Shown: in pieces, positions 1 to 8,830 of the stretch | How positions within the stretch are numbered: the stretch's first letter is position 1 | Layout of the letters: each line of letters starts with the position of its first letter | Origin: an uncultured Actinomycetes bacterium | GTDB taxonomy: Bacteria > Actinomycetota > Actinomycetes > Streptosporangiales > Streptosporangiaceae | Length of the DNA: 64,000 nt | Direction: 5' to 3' | Assembly (NCBI GenBank): GCA_963730235.1 | Contig: CAVSRH010000007.1 | Coordinates: 76,902 to 140,901, forward strand | The notes under the pieces: model-generated | The model's database searches: none | What the model was told of the DNA's origin: nothing | Seen by the model: the letters and a program-made list of their open reading frames with translations, nothing else | Position numbers and translations under genes: made by a program

Positions 1-391
1 ATCCGGAGCCTGACCGCCCGGACGGTCAGGTGAGGGCCGCCTGCACTCGGCGCACGGCGTCCGCGACCCGGCCGGGGTTCTCGTCCACGGTCAGGTGGGC
101 CGAAGACCAGGCCCGCGGTGGCCCCGGCCGAGCGCGCCACCGACAGCGCGGCCACGCCGGCGCTCAGCGGCACGGCACCGGACACCTCGGCCGCGATCAG
201 GGTGATGGCGATGTTCATGGGTGTGATCACTCATCTGCTACCCAGCACGCGCCGAATATGCCGGTTGAACCGCTTCGGGCGGGAAAGGGGGAACCGCGTT
301 GTCGAGCCGCCGCGTGATTAGCTGCCTGGCTTTCGCTGTCCGGTGAGCCAGCTGGCGGATCGCGGCACGAGGGGCGAGAGGTGGGCGGCTA

Positions 392-1294
392 ATGGGTGAT
401 TCACGCGCCCGCCGCGGCAGGTCGGGGTCATCGGCGGCTGGGCGGCAGGCCGGCGATACCGACGAGGCCCTGATAGGGCTGGTGCAGTCGCTGCCATACG
501 ACTCCCCCCGGCGGGCGGCGGCGTACGAGGAACTGGTCCGCCGGTATGACTTCGTGGTGAAGGCGTGCGTGCGGCGCTACCGGGACAGCCCCGAGTCCAT
601 AGACGACTTGATGCAGGTGGGATACCTGGGCTTGCTGAAGGCGATCAGCAACTTCAACCCGGAACTGGGGCCGGGGGGCCTGGCCGCCTACGCCCAGCCG
701 TGCGTCAGCGGGGAGCTCAAGCGCCACTTCCGGGACAAGCGGTGGCAGGTGCGGGTCCATCGCACCAGCCAGGAATACATGCTCGCGGTGCGCAACGTCC
801 GGGGCGAGCTGACGCAGCAGCTGGGCCGGGTGCCCGAGCGCCACGAACTCGCCGAGGCGGCCGGGCTCAGCATCGAGGAGCTAGAGGAAGCCGAGCGCGC
901 CGAGACGGCGTTCCGTCCCTACTACCTGGACGCCCCGGTGTCTGCCGACGACGAGGCGGCGACGTTCGGCGAACTTCTCGGGGCCGACGACCCGGGCATC
1001 GGGCATGCCGTGGACAGCGACGCCCTGTGGGCACATTGGTCCACCCTGCCGCAACGACAGCAGCGCATCCTCGCGATGCGCTTCTACGGCAACATGACCC
1101 AAGCCGAGATAGGGCAACGGCTTGGCATCTCCCAGATGCACGTCTCCCGGCTGCTCGACGCCGCGCTCACCCAGCTGCGTGGCTGCCTCGGCGCGGGCGC
1201 CCCCCCGCCCCGCGCGACCCGCCCGCGCCGCCGCACCGGCCAGGCGGCCCCGCCGGGAGAACCGGCCACGAGCGAGTCCCACGACCCCGGCTAG
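392..1294 (+). CDS. RNA polymerase sigma factor, SigB/SigF/SigG-like (group 3 sigma-70)
   Basis: 300-aa intact ORF. Region 2 DLMQVGYLGLLKAISNF and KRHFRDKRWQVRVHR; region 4 HTH TQAEIGQRLGISQMHVSRLL. Paralog of 45324-46151. Confidence 0.9.
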   Translation: MGDSRARRGRSGSSAAGRQAGDTDEALIGLVQSLPYDSPRRAAAYEELVRRYDFVVKACVRRYRDSPESIDDLMQVGYLGLLKAISNFNPELGPGGLAAYAQPCVSGELKRHFRDKRWQVRVHRTSQEYMLAVRNVRGELTQQLGRVPERHELAEAAGLSIEELEEAERAETAFRPYYLDAPVSADDEAATFGELLGADDPGIGHAVDSDALWAHWSTLPQRQQRILAMRFYGNMTQAEIGQRLGISQMHVSRLLDAALTQLRGCLGAGAPPPRATRPRRRTGQAAPPGEPATSESHDPG

Positions 1295-1392
1295 GTCAGC
1301 GGGACCGCGCCGGATTGGGCGGTGCCGGCCTGGGTAGTGGCGCTGCGCACAGGGCGCGGGAGCGCCGGGTAGGCAGCCGGGAGGTTGGTTTC

Positions 1393-1716
1393 ATGCCACG
1401 GGGATCAAGTCCCAAGCGTGAGCGGCAGTACGAGCACATCAAGGAAGGTGCCGAGAAGCGGGGCGTAAGCACAGGCAGGGCCAAGGAGATCGCGGCACGC
1501 ACCGTCAACAAGGAAAGAGCGCGCTCCGGGGAGGCCAAGACCGCCAGCCGGTCGTCCACGCAGGACATGTCGTCCAGCCGCCGCGGCGGGCTGCGCTCGC
1601 ATCGCGGCGCGGGCGGTCCCACCAAGGCGCAGCTCTACGCGGAGGCGCGCCGCCGTGGCGTGAAGGGCCGCTCGTCGATGACCAAGGCACAGCTAGCCCG
1701 CGCGGTCGGCCGCTGA
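1393..1716 (+). CDS. small basic protein with C-terminal Rho-N/SAP-like motif (DUF7218-like)
   Basis: ATG at 1393 in the frame of ORF 565-1716. 107 aa, K/R/S-rich; PKRERQYEHIKEG and C-terminal TKAQLYAEARRRGVKGRSSMTKAQLARAV. High GC3. Confidence 0.6.
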   Translation: MPRGSSPKRERQYEHIKEGAEKRGVSTGRAKEIAARTVNKERARSGEAKTASRSSTQDMSSSRRGGLRSHRGAGGPTKAQLYAEARRRGVKGRSSMTKAQLARAVGR

Positions 1717-1831
1717 CGCGAGAGCCGAGGGCGCCCGGCTCGGGGGGCCGGGCTGGCCAGGTTCGTGGACTGGCAACGGGCTGCCGGGGGCGCTACACGC
1801 CCCGGCAGCCCGTTGCGCTTTCAGCGCGCCG

Positions 1832-2080
1832 CTACCACCGGTACCAGCGTCGGCGCCGCCCGCCGCCTTCGGCCGCCCGGAACAGGAAGCCGAGCAGCCA
1901 CAGGACAATCACGACGAGCGCGATCCACCACAGCACATGGATGGCGAACCCGACACCGAACAAGATCAGGGCCAGCAGCAGGACCGCGAGGATGAGCAGC
2001 ACGGCAAGCTCCTTTCGATAGGCACGTTTCTTCTGCCCCGCCCGCGGAAAACAAACGGTGTCCGGCAGCGGGCCGGGCAT
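1832..2080 (-). CDS. small hydrophobic membrane protein
   Basis: C-terminal part of ORF 1832-2722. Two hydrophobic helices (LAVLLILAVLLLALILFGVGFAIHVLWWIALVVIVLWLLGFLF) then a basic tail. ATG at 2080; true start uncertain. Confidence 0.45.
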   Translation of the reverse strand: MPGPLPDTVCFPRAGQKKRAYRKELAVLLILAVLLLALILFGVGFAIHVLWWIALVVIVLWLLGFLFRAAEGGGRRRRWYRW

Positions 2081-2101
2081 GGCACATGGCGAGGTATCCG
2101 G

Positions 2102-3146
2102 ATGACGGGCTCTGCTGACCCAGGCGTGCGGTTGCGGCGCAGCGACCCGGCCGGGCCGGGGATCCGGCGCCGGCGCTGCGGCCGCGGGTTCCGTTATCTG
2201 GGCACCGGCGGCGTGCCGGTGCGCGACCCGGAGTCGCTGGCCCGCATCAAGGCCCTGGTGATCCCCCCGGCCTGGGAAGACGTCTGGATCTGCGCCGAGC
2301 CAGGAGGGCACATCCAGGCGGTGGGCACCGACGCCGCCGGGCGGCGCCAGTACCGTTATCACGACCGGTGGCGGGAGCGGCGCGACCGCGACAAGCACGA
2401 CCGGGTGCTGGAGTTCGGCCGCCTCCTGCCCCGGCTGCGGGAAACGGTCAGCGCGCACCTGACCGGCCGCGGGCTGCGCAGGGAGCGGGTCCTCGCCGCG
2501 GCGGTCCGCCTCATCGACCTCGGCTTCTTCCGGCCCGGTGGCGAGGAGTACGTGGCGGATGAATGGCACCTTCGGCATCGCCACCATCCGCCGTGAGCAC
2601 GTCACCTGCCGCCGCGGCGATACTGGTCTTCGACTACCTCGCCAAGGGCGCCAAGCAACGGGAGCAGGCCGTCGTGGATGCTGGCGTTCCAAGCGGTTCG
2701 TGGTGAGCCTCCGGCGGCGCAAGGGCGGCGGCGGCCTGTTCGGCTACCGGTCGGGCCGGGGCTGGCACGACGTGACCGCCGCCGACATCAACGCCTACCT
2801 GGGGGAGATCTCCGGGGACGAGTTCACCGCCAAGGACTTCCGCACCTGGCACGCGACGGTGCTTGCGGCCGTCGGCATGGCCGTGTCCGAGCAGGCCGGG
2901 GCCACCGCGGCCGCCCGCAAGCGCGCCATCGCCCGCGCCGTCGCCGAGGTCGCGGGTTACCTGGGCAATACGCCGGCGGTGGCGCGCGCCTCCTACATCG
3001 ACCCGCGGGTGATCGAACTCTACGAAGCAGGCATAACGATCGCCCCGGCGCTGCGTGACCTTGGCCGGAACTCCGAGTTCGGGGATCTCGCCACCCGGGG
3101 GGCGGCGGAGCACGCCGTGGTGCGGATGCTTACGGAGCACGGCTGA
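2102..3146 (+). pseudogene. DNA topoisomerase IB (poxvirus-like bacterial type), frame-disrupted
   Basis: IKALVIPPAWEDVWIC and GRRQYRYH in frame 2 (ATG 2102). NGTFGIATIRREHV in frame 0, FDYLAKGAKQREQAVVDAG in frame 1. Back to frame 0 for FRTWHATV and ARASYIDPRV (catalytic Tyr motif). At least 3 frame switches near 2560, 2627 and 2690. Confidence 0.8.
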
Positions 3147-3238
3147 CCCCGGCCGGTGGCGAATCGCCCGCGCCAGGTTTATCCCCCCTGGCCGGGGAAG
3201 CCGCAGGGGAACACCAACAGCCAGCAGACGGGGAAACT

Positions 3239-3781
3239 ATGCCAAGCGCATTCGATGTGCTAGCCAGCGATCATGAGCAGGTCGAGCGACTGCTCTCCCA
3301 ATTCGAGGCGGCGCCCGCGGCGGCGGGCGTCAATGACAGCCTCCTCGAGGCACGCAAGAAGACGGCGGAGACGCTCGTCATCGAGGAGTCCAAGCACGAG
3401 GCGGTCGAGGAGATGTACTTCTGGCCGGCCGTGCGCAAGCACCTTCCGGACGGCGACAAGCTCGCCGACAAGGCCATCGCCCAGGAGCAGGAAGGCAAGA
3501 GAATCCTCGCCGAGCTGGACAAGCTCGACGCGGACAGCCCGGAGTTCGACATGCTGGTCGGCGAGTTCATCAAGGCCGCCCGGGAGCACATCGCATTCGA
3601 GGAATCGCAGGTGTGGCCGGGCCTGCGGGCCGTCATGACCGAGACGGAAGCCGCCGACCTCGGGGACAGCCTGGAGCAGGGCAAGAAAACCGCGCCGGGC
3701 CGGCCCGGCCGGCCGACACCCCAGGATCGCGCCGGCCGGGTCAGCACTCACCCGGCCGGCGTGCCGCCGCGGGGCTCGTGA
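3239..3781 (+). CDS. hemerythrin (HHE cation-binding) domain protein
   Basis: 180-aa ORF. DHEQVERLL, HEAVEEMYFWP and HIAFEESQVWP motifs. The last ~35 aa (PGRPGRPTPQDRAG...) look atypical and may hide a frame error. Confidence 0.85.
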   Translation: MPSAFDVLASDHEQVERLLSQFEAAPAAAGVNDSLLEARKKTAETLVIEESKHEAVEEMYFWPAVRKHLPDGDKLADKAIAQEQEGKRILAELDKLDADSPEFDMLVGEFIKAAREHIAFEESQVWPGLRAVMTETEAADLGDSLEQGKKTAPGRPGRPTPQDRAGRVSTHPAGVPPRGS

Positions 3782-4059
3782 TTCCTAGATGACCCCCAGG
3801 GATCGCGGGCCCCGCGTGCGCCCGACGGCAAACGGCACGCGATACCCGGCCGCAGGATGTGAGCGCGGCGCAGCCGGGGGTAGTGCTAACAGCCATTGCC
3901 AGCAATCCGCCGGCGGCGCGTCGTGGGGCACGCCGCCACCACAGTGAGAGGGTGTCGGAAGATGAACCGCACGGCGAGCGGGGCCAGCCATCGCCGCGGG
4001 CACCGTCCCGCCGGGGGAGCGGGCGGCCGGGCCGCGACGGTCATGACTAGGCCGCTGCG

Positions 4060-5349
4060 GTGAGCGAGACGGCGCACGAGACAGGCCAGGCACGCGCCGG
4101 CGGAGCAGCCAGCCTGGGACGGCGGCCCACAGCAGCGGAACCGACAGCAGCATTGGGGGGGCAGGAGGTGGCAAGCGAACTGCTGATCGCGGCCGGCGAG
4201 GGCAACGGCGAAGGCGGCGACTCCGAGCCGGGCATGGCGCCGATGCGCGAGGCGGCCCGAGCGGCCGCCTCGCAGGCCGAGGAGACCGAGGAGACCGGCG
4301 GCCTGGGGCGGCTGGGCCGGCCGATGGACCGGCGCTCGCCGTTCTTCATCGGGATGGCCGGCGCGGCGGGTGTCGCGGTCACCATCGCGCTGGTGGAACT
4401 GAGCATCAGGGCCCGCTCCGTGCTGGTGCTCATCGGCCTGGCGCTGTTCATCGCGGCGGGCCTGGACCCCGTCGTGGCCTGGCTGACCAGGCACCGGGTG
4501 CCGCGCTGGGCCGCCGTGGTCGTGGTGCTGCGGCCGTGTTCGGGGTGGTCGCCGGGTTCCTGGCGGCGGCGATCCCGCCGCTGGCCGCGCAGACCGCCAA
4601 CCTGATCGCCGCAGCTCCCGAACTACGCGCACACGCTGCAGGACCACAACTCGGCGCTCGGCCGGCTGAACGTCAAGTACCACATCGAGCAGCGGCTGTC
4701 CCACCTGCTCGCCACCCGGGGCAGTTCGCTGGTCGGCGGAGTGCTGGGCGCCGGGGCGCTGGTGCTCGGCGCGCTCGACCTCGACGCTGGCGGTGCTCGT
4801 CCTGGTCGATCTACTTCCTGGCGGGCATGCCGCGGATCAAGCTGTTCGTCTACCGGCTGGCCCCGCATTCCCGCCGGGCCCGGGTGATCCTGCATCGGGG
4901 ACGAGATCTTCACCAAGGTCGGCGGGTTCGTGCTGGGCAACGTGTTCACGTCGGTGATCGCCGGGCTCGGCACCTACCTGTGGATGCTCGCGTTCGGCAT
5001 CCCCTACCCGATCCTGCTGGGGCTGTTCGTGGCCATCCTGGACCTGATCCCGGTCATCGGGTCCACGATCGGCGGCGCCGTGGTGTCGCTGGTCGCGCTG
5101 ACCGTGTCCCTGCCGGTGGCGATCGCCACGCTCGCGTTCTACGTCGCCTACCGGCTCGCCGAGGACTACCTGCTGGTCCCGCGGATCATGGGCAGCACGG
5201 TCAAGGTGCCCGCGGTGGTGTCGGTGGTGGCCGTACTGGTCGGCGGGGCGCTGATGGGCATCGTCGGCGCGCTGGTGGCGATCCCGGCGGCGGCCGCGCT
5301 GCGGCTGCTGCTGCACGAGGTCACGTTCCGGCGCCTGGACCGGAGCTGA
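4060..5349 (+). pseudogene. AI-2E family transporter (PerM/UPF0118), frame-disrupted
   Basis: Conserved pieces lie in three frames: FFIGMAGAAGVAVTIAL...LDPVVAWLTRHRVPRW; FGVVAGFLAAAIPPLAAQTANLIAAAPE; NYAHTLQDHNSALGRLNVKYHIEQR; SIYFLAGMPRIKLFVYRLAP; and an intact C-terminal 139 aa (4930-5349). About 5 frame switches (near 4530, 4620, 4790, 4808, 4892). Confidence 0.8.
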
Positions 5350-5429
5350 CGCGAGGGGCCCGGCGAGGCCGCTGGCGTGGGGGTGTACACGGCCGCCGGG
5401 GTTGGCGGTTTACCCCGGCGGCCGCGCGC

Positions 5430-5861
5430 TCAACAGGCCGCCCGGCCGGCGGCGGTGGCCATGACGGCGCCGGTGGCCGCGAAGGCCACCTCGGTCACGG
5501 CATCGGTGAGCCCGGCGCGGCGCGCGCCGGGGCTGACCGCGGCGAGCGCCAGCATCGACGCGGCGTGGCAGCCGTCGATCCCCGCACCGGCAGCGAGCAC
5601 CGCCGGGCGCGGGCGCCACAGCGTCAGCACGGCCTGGGCCAGATGACGCGCGCCGAGGACCCGGGCCACCGCGCGGGCCCGCGGGCTGGGCGGCTGGCCG
5701 GTGCTCAGGCCCAGCACCGGCCCGGGGGCGCACAGCAGCATGGCTCCATAGCAGGCCCGGGCGGCGGGGAACAGCAGCCGGGGCACCAGCGCCGGGCTGA
5801 GCAGCGGCGCGGGCACGGCTTCCGGCACGGGAGTGGCCGGCGGCATGCTCGTGGTGGTCAC
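5430..5861 (-). CDS. hypothetical membrane-associated protein (143 aa), GTGA-coupled to the upstream SDR gene
   Basis: Distal part of the 480-aa ORF 5430-6872. GTG at 5861 overlaps the restored SDR stop. Contains ARVLGARHLAQA...GIDGCHAASMLALAAV. No family assigned. Confidence 0.45.
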   Translation of the reverse strand: MTTTSMPPATPVPEAVPAPLLSPALVPRLLFPAARACYGAMLLCAPGPVLGLSTGQPPSPRARAVARVLGARHLAQAVLTLWRPRPAVLAAGAGIDGCHAASMLALAAVSPGARRAGLTDAVTEVAFAATGAVMATAAGRAAC

Positions 5862-6872
5862 CGGCGCTGCCCCAGCCTCCCGGCGAGGAAGCCGCCGAGA
5901 ACCGCGGCACTGCCGAGGAACGCCGCGGACAGGCCGGCGTGCCGGGACAGCCAGGCTTGCGAGCTGTGGTCGTGGGAGCGGGTCGTCGAAGACGCCGTGC
6001 GGGCCGAAATCGTGGCCGTGGACCCCGTCGACCGGCTGGAGCAGGTTGTCCGGCCGGTCCGGGTCGGCGGCCTCGGACGTCTGCTGTGACGTGTAGCCGG
6101 TGCGGGCCAGGTACCGGTCCAGCAGGGCCGGGGCCACCCGGTTGGCGAGGATGGTGGCGGCCGTGCTCGCCCCCACCCAGTACTGCTTGCGGCCGGGGTG
6201 ACCGGCGGCGTAGACGACGCTGCGCGCGGCCACCTCCGGCTGGTAGATCGGCGGCACCGGCTGCGGGTGGTTCGGCAGCCGGGACCGCACCCAGGAGAAC
6301 TGCGGGGTGTTGACGGCCGGCATCTGCACCACGGTCACCCGCACGCCGGAGTGCTCATGCAGCAACTCACAGCGCAGCGAGGAGGTGAAGCCGTTGATCG
6401 CGTGCTTGGCGCCGCAGTAGGCCGACTGGAGCGGGATGCTGCGGTCGCCGAGCGCGGAACCGACCTGCACGATCGTGCCACGGTCCCGCGGCCGCATCCG
6501 GCTCAGCGCCGCCATCGTCCCGTACACGAAACCCAGGTAGCTGACCTCGGTAACCCGCCGGAACTCCTCCGCCGTGATCTCGGCGAACGGCGAGAACACC
6601 GAGGTGAACGCGACGTTGACCCAGACGTCGATCGGGCCGAGCCGCTCTTCGATCTGCCGGGCCGCGTCGGTGACCTGCTCGTAGTCGGCGACGTCGGCGC
6701 TGACCGCCAGCGCCTTGCCGCCGGCCTGCTCGACCTCCCGCGCCGCCGCGTCCAGGCCGGCCTGGCCCCGGGCGATCAGGCCGACGCGGGCGCCCCGCTC
6801 GCCGAACAGCCGGGCCGTGGCCCGCCCGATTCCGGCGCTCGCCCCGGTGACCACCACTGTCTGGGTTTCCAT
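5858..6872 (-). CDS. SDR family oxidoreductase
   Basis: TGASAGIG Rossmann motif and YCGAKHAINGF (YxxxK). Removing one G from the GGG run at 5980-5982 gives the typical tail FDDRSHDHSSQAWLSRHAGLSAAFLGSAAVLGGFLAGRLGQRR and a stop at 5858-5860. As written, the ORF reads through to 5430. Confidence 0.85.
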
Positions 6873-6991
6873 GAACTCCGCCTCCGCTGCTACAGGTCGG
6901 TCCTTTCGTTACCCCCCTCCCTGGCGGCAAACCCTCGCTGTTTAAGGCGATCCGGCGCGGGCAGTGAGCGGGCGTCCTCAAGGAGGCGACA

Positions 6992-7834
6992 GTGGTTACA
7001 AGAACAGCCCGGCGCCGGACCCGGGATGCCAGATCCGCGGCCCACCGCGCAGGCAACAGCCGGTACGTGGACTGGCTCGCGAAAGCCGGGTTCGCCGCAC
7101 GCGGCGTCATGTACGTGCTCATCGGCATCCTGGCGGTGGAGCTAGCCTTCGGGAACGCCAGCCAGAAGGCCGACCAGAGCGGGGCCGTGCGGCTGGTGGG
7201 GCATACGCCGTTCGGCGGTGTGCTGCTGTGGCTGCTGGTCATCGGCTTCGCCGGGATGGCACTCTGGCGGTTGTCCGAGGCCATCTACGGCGGCCCTGGG
7301 GCGGACGGCAGGAAGGCGAGCAACCGGCTGATCGCCGGGTTCAAGGCCTTGCTGTACGGCTTCATCGCCTACGGCATCACCAAGTACGCGCTCGGCCTGG
7401 GCGCCCCCAAGTCGTCCAACAAGCAGTCGGTCGACCTCACCGCCACCGCGATGCACCATCCCGGCGGCCGGATCCTGGTCGGGATCGTGGGCGTGGTGCT
7501 CATCGGCGTCGGCGCGTGGCTGGCCTGGCGGGCGTTCGAGCGCAAGTTCCTCGCCGAGCTGCGGACCGGTGAGATGAGCCCGCAGACCCGCAAGGTCGTG
7601 ACCTTCCTCGGCCGGTACGGCGGGATCGCACGAGGCATCGTGTTCGGCGCCGCCGGGGTGTTCCTGCTGATCGCCTCGTTCACCGCGAACGCCCACAAGG
7701 CCAAGGGCATCGACGCCACGCTGCGGGCGTTCACCAAGACCCCGGCCGGTCCCTGGCTGCTCGTCCTGGTGGCCATCGGCCTGGTGCTGTTCGGCTGCTA
7801 CTCGTGGGCCGAGTCCCGCTGGCGCAAGGTCTAA
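6992..7834 (+). CDS. DUF1206 domain membrane protein
   Basis: 280-aa ORF with three repeated paired-helix units (AKAGFAARGVMYVLIGILA..., LIAGFKALLYGFIAYG..., GRYGGIARGIVFGAAGVFL...). Confidence 0.8.
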   Translation: MVTRTARRRTRDARSAAHRAGNSRYVDWLAKAGFAARGVMYVLIGILAVELAFGNASQKADQSGAVRLVGHTPFGGVLLWLLVIGFAGMALWRLSEAIYGGPGADGRKASNRLIAGFKALLYGFIAYGITKYALGLGAPKSSNKQSVDLTATAMHHPGGRILVGIVGVVLIGVGAWLAWRAFERKFLAELRTGEMSPQTRKVVTFLGRYGGIARGIVFGAAGVFLLIASFTANAHKAKGIDATLRAFTKTPAGPWLLVLVAIGLVLFGCYSWAESRWRKV

Positions 7835-7841
7835 AGACCGT

Positions 7842-7871
7842 CACGCCCCGGCCGGGTGCGGCCGGGGCGTG
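7842..7871. terminator. bidirectional stem-loop between convergent genes
   Basis: Perfect 13-bp stem cacgccccggccg / cggccggggcgtg with loop ggtg. Lies 8 nt after the TAA of the DUF1206 gene. Confidence 0.6.
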
Positions 7872-7891
7872 GCTGAACGGACGGGCACGGC

Positions 7892-8284
7892 CTAGGGGCC
7901 GTGCCCGTAGCCCTTGGCCTCCGGCACCGCCGGGCAGTTCCGCACGTGCGACATGCCGATCAGCGGGCCGCGGAGCATGATCGGCGTGTTACACCCGCCC
8001 TGTGACTGGCTCATGCCGACGAAGACGGCCGACACCACCAGTGCCGCCGCCAGCCCGAGCAGCACCACCGCGCGAATCCGGCTTGAGCCGCGCACCCGGC
8101 CGGTGACCCGGTAGCGCTTCGGGGACCACCACGGCACCGCTTCCAGCGCCTCGGCCCACGGCAGTCTCTCGTGGATGTTCAGCCGGTTGAAGATGGCGAA
8201 CATGGACGCCAGCCGGGGTTCGCGTCTCTTCAGCGCATCCTCGATCCGGTCCAGCACGCGCTGCTGACGCGCAGGCAAACTCAT
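7892..8284 (-). CDS. DUF3040 domain membrane protein
   Basis: 130-aa ORF. N-terminal LPARQQRVLDRIEDALKRREPRLASMFAIF, then one TM helix (AVVLLGLAAALVVSAVFVGM). Confidence 0.7.
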   Translation of the reverse strand: MSLPARQQRVLDRIEDALKRREPRLASMFAIFNRLNIHERLPWAEALEAVPWWSPKRYRVTGRVRGSSRIRAVVLLGLAAALVVSAVFVGMSQSQGGCNTPIMLRGPLIGMSHVRNCPAVPEAKGYGHGP

Positions 8285-8412
8285 ACCGCTCCCTCACGAT
8301 GTCCCGGCCCCACGGTATGCGACTACCCCGCCTGGCCAACTCATGCGCGCGGACCGGATCGGGGGGGCCCGGCGCCTGCATGCCGATGCGGGGCGTCAGG
8401 TGCGCGGTGAGG

Positions 8413-8652
8413 TCAGGCCAGGGCGCCGAATCCGTCGAAGTCGATATCGAGAAGGCCGCATACTGCCCGCAGTTCGTCCACGCGGTCACCGGGCACAGCG
8501 TGGATGTGGTTCGCCCCGAAGCGGGCCAGGAACTCGCCCGCTGGGGCATCGAACCGGGTGAAGGCGTGCGGCCACTCAGATGTTGAGGCCCGGCACGGCG
8601 GTTCGGTGGTGCTGGTGTCGAACTCGGTGAAGGCGCCGGAGAGGACCTGCAT
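8413..8652 (-). CDS. hypothetical protein (79 aa; may extend to GTG 8736)
   Basis: Strong GC3 bias in this frame (MQVLSGAFTEFDTS...DELRAVCGLLDIDFDGFGALA). No family recognised. Confidence 0.35.
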   Translation of the reverse strand: MQVLSGAFTEFDTSTTEPPCRASTSEWPHAFTRFDAPAGEFLARFGANHIHAVPGDRVDELRAVCGLLDIDFDGFGALA

Positions 8653-8830
8653 GCGGTAGCGGCCGGAGACGCCCGGCTGAGCTGCGCGAAGGTGACGCTG
8701 CGCGCCATCAGCCGGCCCGGCGGCAGCGTCAGTCACCTCGAATCGGCCACATTCGTCTTTACCCGCGAACCATACGCCGATGCGCCGATGCGCCGCTGAT
8801 TCCGGGTGGCGTGGATCCAGCCGGGTGGCG

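Noticed and set aside
26-218. Small minus-strand ORF (MNIAITLIAAEVSGAVPLSAGVAALSVARSAGATAGLVFGP / HLTVDENPGRVADAVRRVQAALT) with good GC3 bias.
   Set aside because: It needs a frame correction near position 95-100 to be read as one 64-aa protein, and I recognise no family. The support is too weak to list as a feature.
3782-4059. ORFs 3785-4174(-) and 3859-4050(+) in the hemerythrin/AI-2E spacer.
   Set aside because: They have low-complexity Pro/Arg-rich translations, no RBS and no motif. I treat the region as intergenic or as the long N-terminal leader of the transporter gene.
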